A DNA stretch of 24,222 nt from Octopus sinensis (lineage: Eukaryota): the NCBI RefSeq assembly GCF_006345805.1, contig NW_021836417.1:1-24222 (forward strand), read 5' to 3'. Positions 22,636 to 24,222 of this stretch are shown here, one piece after another; within the stretch, counting starts at the first letter, position 1, and every line of letters begins with the position of its first letter. The position numbers and the translations under genes were made by a program. The notes below the pieces were generated by a model, which was not told where the DNA came from, ran no database searches, and worked only from the letters and a program-made list of their open reading frames with translations.

Positions 22636-23282
22636 GAGTACAGGACACCACAAATAAACGAGAAACGAAACCATAAAAACAAACAAGGAAACGGACTTTT
22701 TTTAACAACGAAAAAACAGAGTACAAGACAAACAATACAAGGAATATTCCCCTTCATCAGCAGCCCCTGGTTCGACTCAATGCGTGTTTCAAACGAATTT
22801 TTCCACCGTTTAGGCTTAAAAACAGCCCTCAATGTTGGTTTCCTTGTCTCGTTTTTATTCTTTATGTGTACTGTATTTTTATTTGTATTGCTTTTACGTT
22901 CTGTTCTTGTCACTTTTTTCTTTCCTTTTTTACTCCTCTGCAAAAGAATTTTATTTAATTCATTTTGCAGGAAGGACTGCTTCGGCCGGATCGTATTCTG
23001 CCCTTACCTTTGAAACACGCATTGAGTCGAACCAGGGGCAGCTGATGAAGGGGAATATTCCTTGTATTGTTTGTCTTGTACTCTGTTTTTTCGTTGTTAA
23101 AAAAAGTCCGTTTCCTTGTTTGTTTTTATGGTTTCGTTCATCGTTGTGTTCTACGTTTATTTGTGGTGTCCTGTACTCATAATATATATAATATATATAT
23201 ATGCATGTATATATACATATAGATATAGGTATGTACATATACGTATGTATGTATGCATATGTTTTATTTGTTAAATTGTTAT
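22519..23282. repeat. Long inverted repeat: arms of about 275 bp, 215-bp spacer, outer ends at TA-rich tracts
   Basis: 22664-22793 versus 23009-23138 differ at 1 of 130 nt. Homology continues outward with one indel of about 15 nt and variable TA runs. Confidence 0.95.
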
Positions 23283-23341
23283 TATATGACTGAGCGCCTC
23301 GCGTCGTTTCTTATTCTCCAAGTAAGTTTATATATATATAT

Positions 23342-23636
23342 ATTGTGTAACATTGTCCGTTTTTTTCCGTCCTTGTTTTTGTTTACATTCGCTGCTTTCT
23401 TCCAAGGTATCTAATGCTCTTAGATACCTTAGTTTTTCCTTGGGGCTGGCCAGATTGGAGCAATCTCAAGAATAATCAGCCGAAATTGCAAAGATAATCT
23501 GGTACTTGACTGAAGAAAGAAAACATCGAATGACCCGTCCTTGTTTTCTTTGTATCATTTATCTGGATGTTTTGTTATCCCATTTTTGTATCACCTAACT
23601 GTCCGGATGTTTTGCGTTCTTGTCCCATTTTGTATT
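23342..23636 (+). mobile_element. (TA)n-flanked interspersed repeat (family F), second copy
   Basis: Homologous to the reverse complement of 7205-7499. Confidence 0.65.
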
Positions 23637-23669
23637 ATATATATATATATATTATATATATATATAATA

Positions 23670-24222
23670 TATATATATACCAATTAAGGACTGAACACGA
23701 AAAAGTGGACAGTCAACATGCTAGATATAGACGTCAAATCGCCATTCTCCACAAAAAGTCTATGTTCTCAGATCAAACTCAACACAAAACCAAAACAATA
23801 AACAAGTGAAAAATATACGAAATAAATATTTACCCATGTACTATCAATTTTTACCCTAAATTTAATGTTATATAAATATTTGTTCTCTAACCGATAAATT
23901 AACTGCTGCTAACTATTAGCTGCAGGCTAGTTTTCTCGGGTCTCATCGCGCCAAAATTAGAGACATTTGAAATATATATTTCAAATGTAATAGGCCGTAC
24001 TCCATGCACGCGATATTTCGGTATCGTGTTGGCATTTAGTACAGCAAATTACATTTTATATGGGACCATGCTGATGATGGCTGCACTTTTCCTTGCGGAA
24101 AATAACAGCCGAAACTGAATTTAGTAAATATTTATTTCGTATATTTTCACTTGTTTATTGTTTTGGTTTTGTGTTGAGTTTGATCTGAGAACATAGACTT
24201 TTTGTGGAGGAATGGCGATTTG
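23670..24222. mobile_element. Inverted-repeat element (right arm runs off window), probably a Penelope-like or retrozyme terminal repeat pair
   Basis: 23735-23833 is the reverse complement of 24124-24222 except for two 1-nt indels. The left arm runs out to (TA)n at about 23670, and a hammerhead lies at the right inner boundary. Confidence 0.8.
24066..24126 (+). ncRNA. Type I hammerhead ribozyme motif (stem I 3' strand missing in this copy)
   Basis: Core CUGAUGA at 24071-77 plus an extra U. Stem II is GGCUG/CAGCC with inner UUUUCC/GGAAAA and a UUGC loop. GAAA at 24111-14. Stem III is A-U, C-G, U-A, G-U with an AAUU loop. GUA triplet at 24124-26. Confidence 0.8.

Noticed and set aside
23012-23065. 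Hammerhead-like words GAAAC...GTC...CTGATGA in the fold-back arms
   Set aside because: In type II order, stem I does not pair and stem III is mismatched. In type I order, CTGATGA-AGG..CCT is followed by TGTA rather than GAAA. At most a decayed relic.
23963-23988. Perfect 26-bp palindrome ACATTTGAAATATATATTTCAAATGT
   Set aside because: Centred on a TA run in AT-rich sequence inside the element spacer. No function can be assigned from sequence alone.

Overview
Repeat-saturated, probably intronic or intergenic animal DNA. The tRNA-derived SINE families and extreme microsatellite load suggest an Octopus genome (inferred from recognition, not from a database search). I cannot support any host protein-coding gene: nearly all supplied ORFs are read-through of microsatellites or a minisatellite. 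The window holds at least four tRNA-headed SINE families (one copy with a 14-bp TSD, one head-to-tail dimer) and two fragments of R4/Dong-like restriction-like-endonuclease LINEs. It also holds a Penelope-like GIY-YIG fragment, probable Helitron ends, and a 2.4-kb 22/23-bp minisatellite with higher-order structure lying between a SINE 5' half and an RTE-like 3' end. Several long inverted repeats end at (TA)n tracts. The most notable signal is a type I hammerhead ribozyme at 24066-24126 with full catalytic core, structured stem II, short stem III and a GUA cleavage triplet. It sits at the inner boundary of a near-perfect inverted repeat whose other arm retains the stem I strand that this copy has lost. 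This resembles the Penelope/retrozyme architecture.
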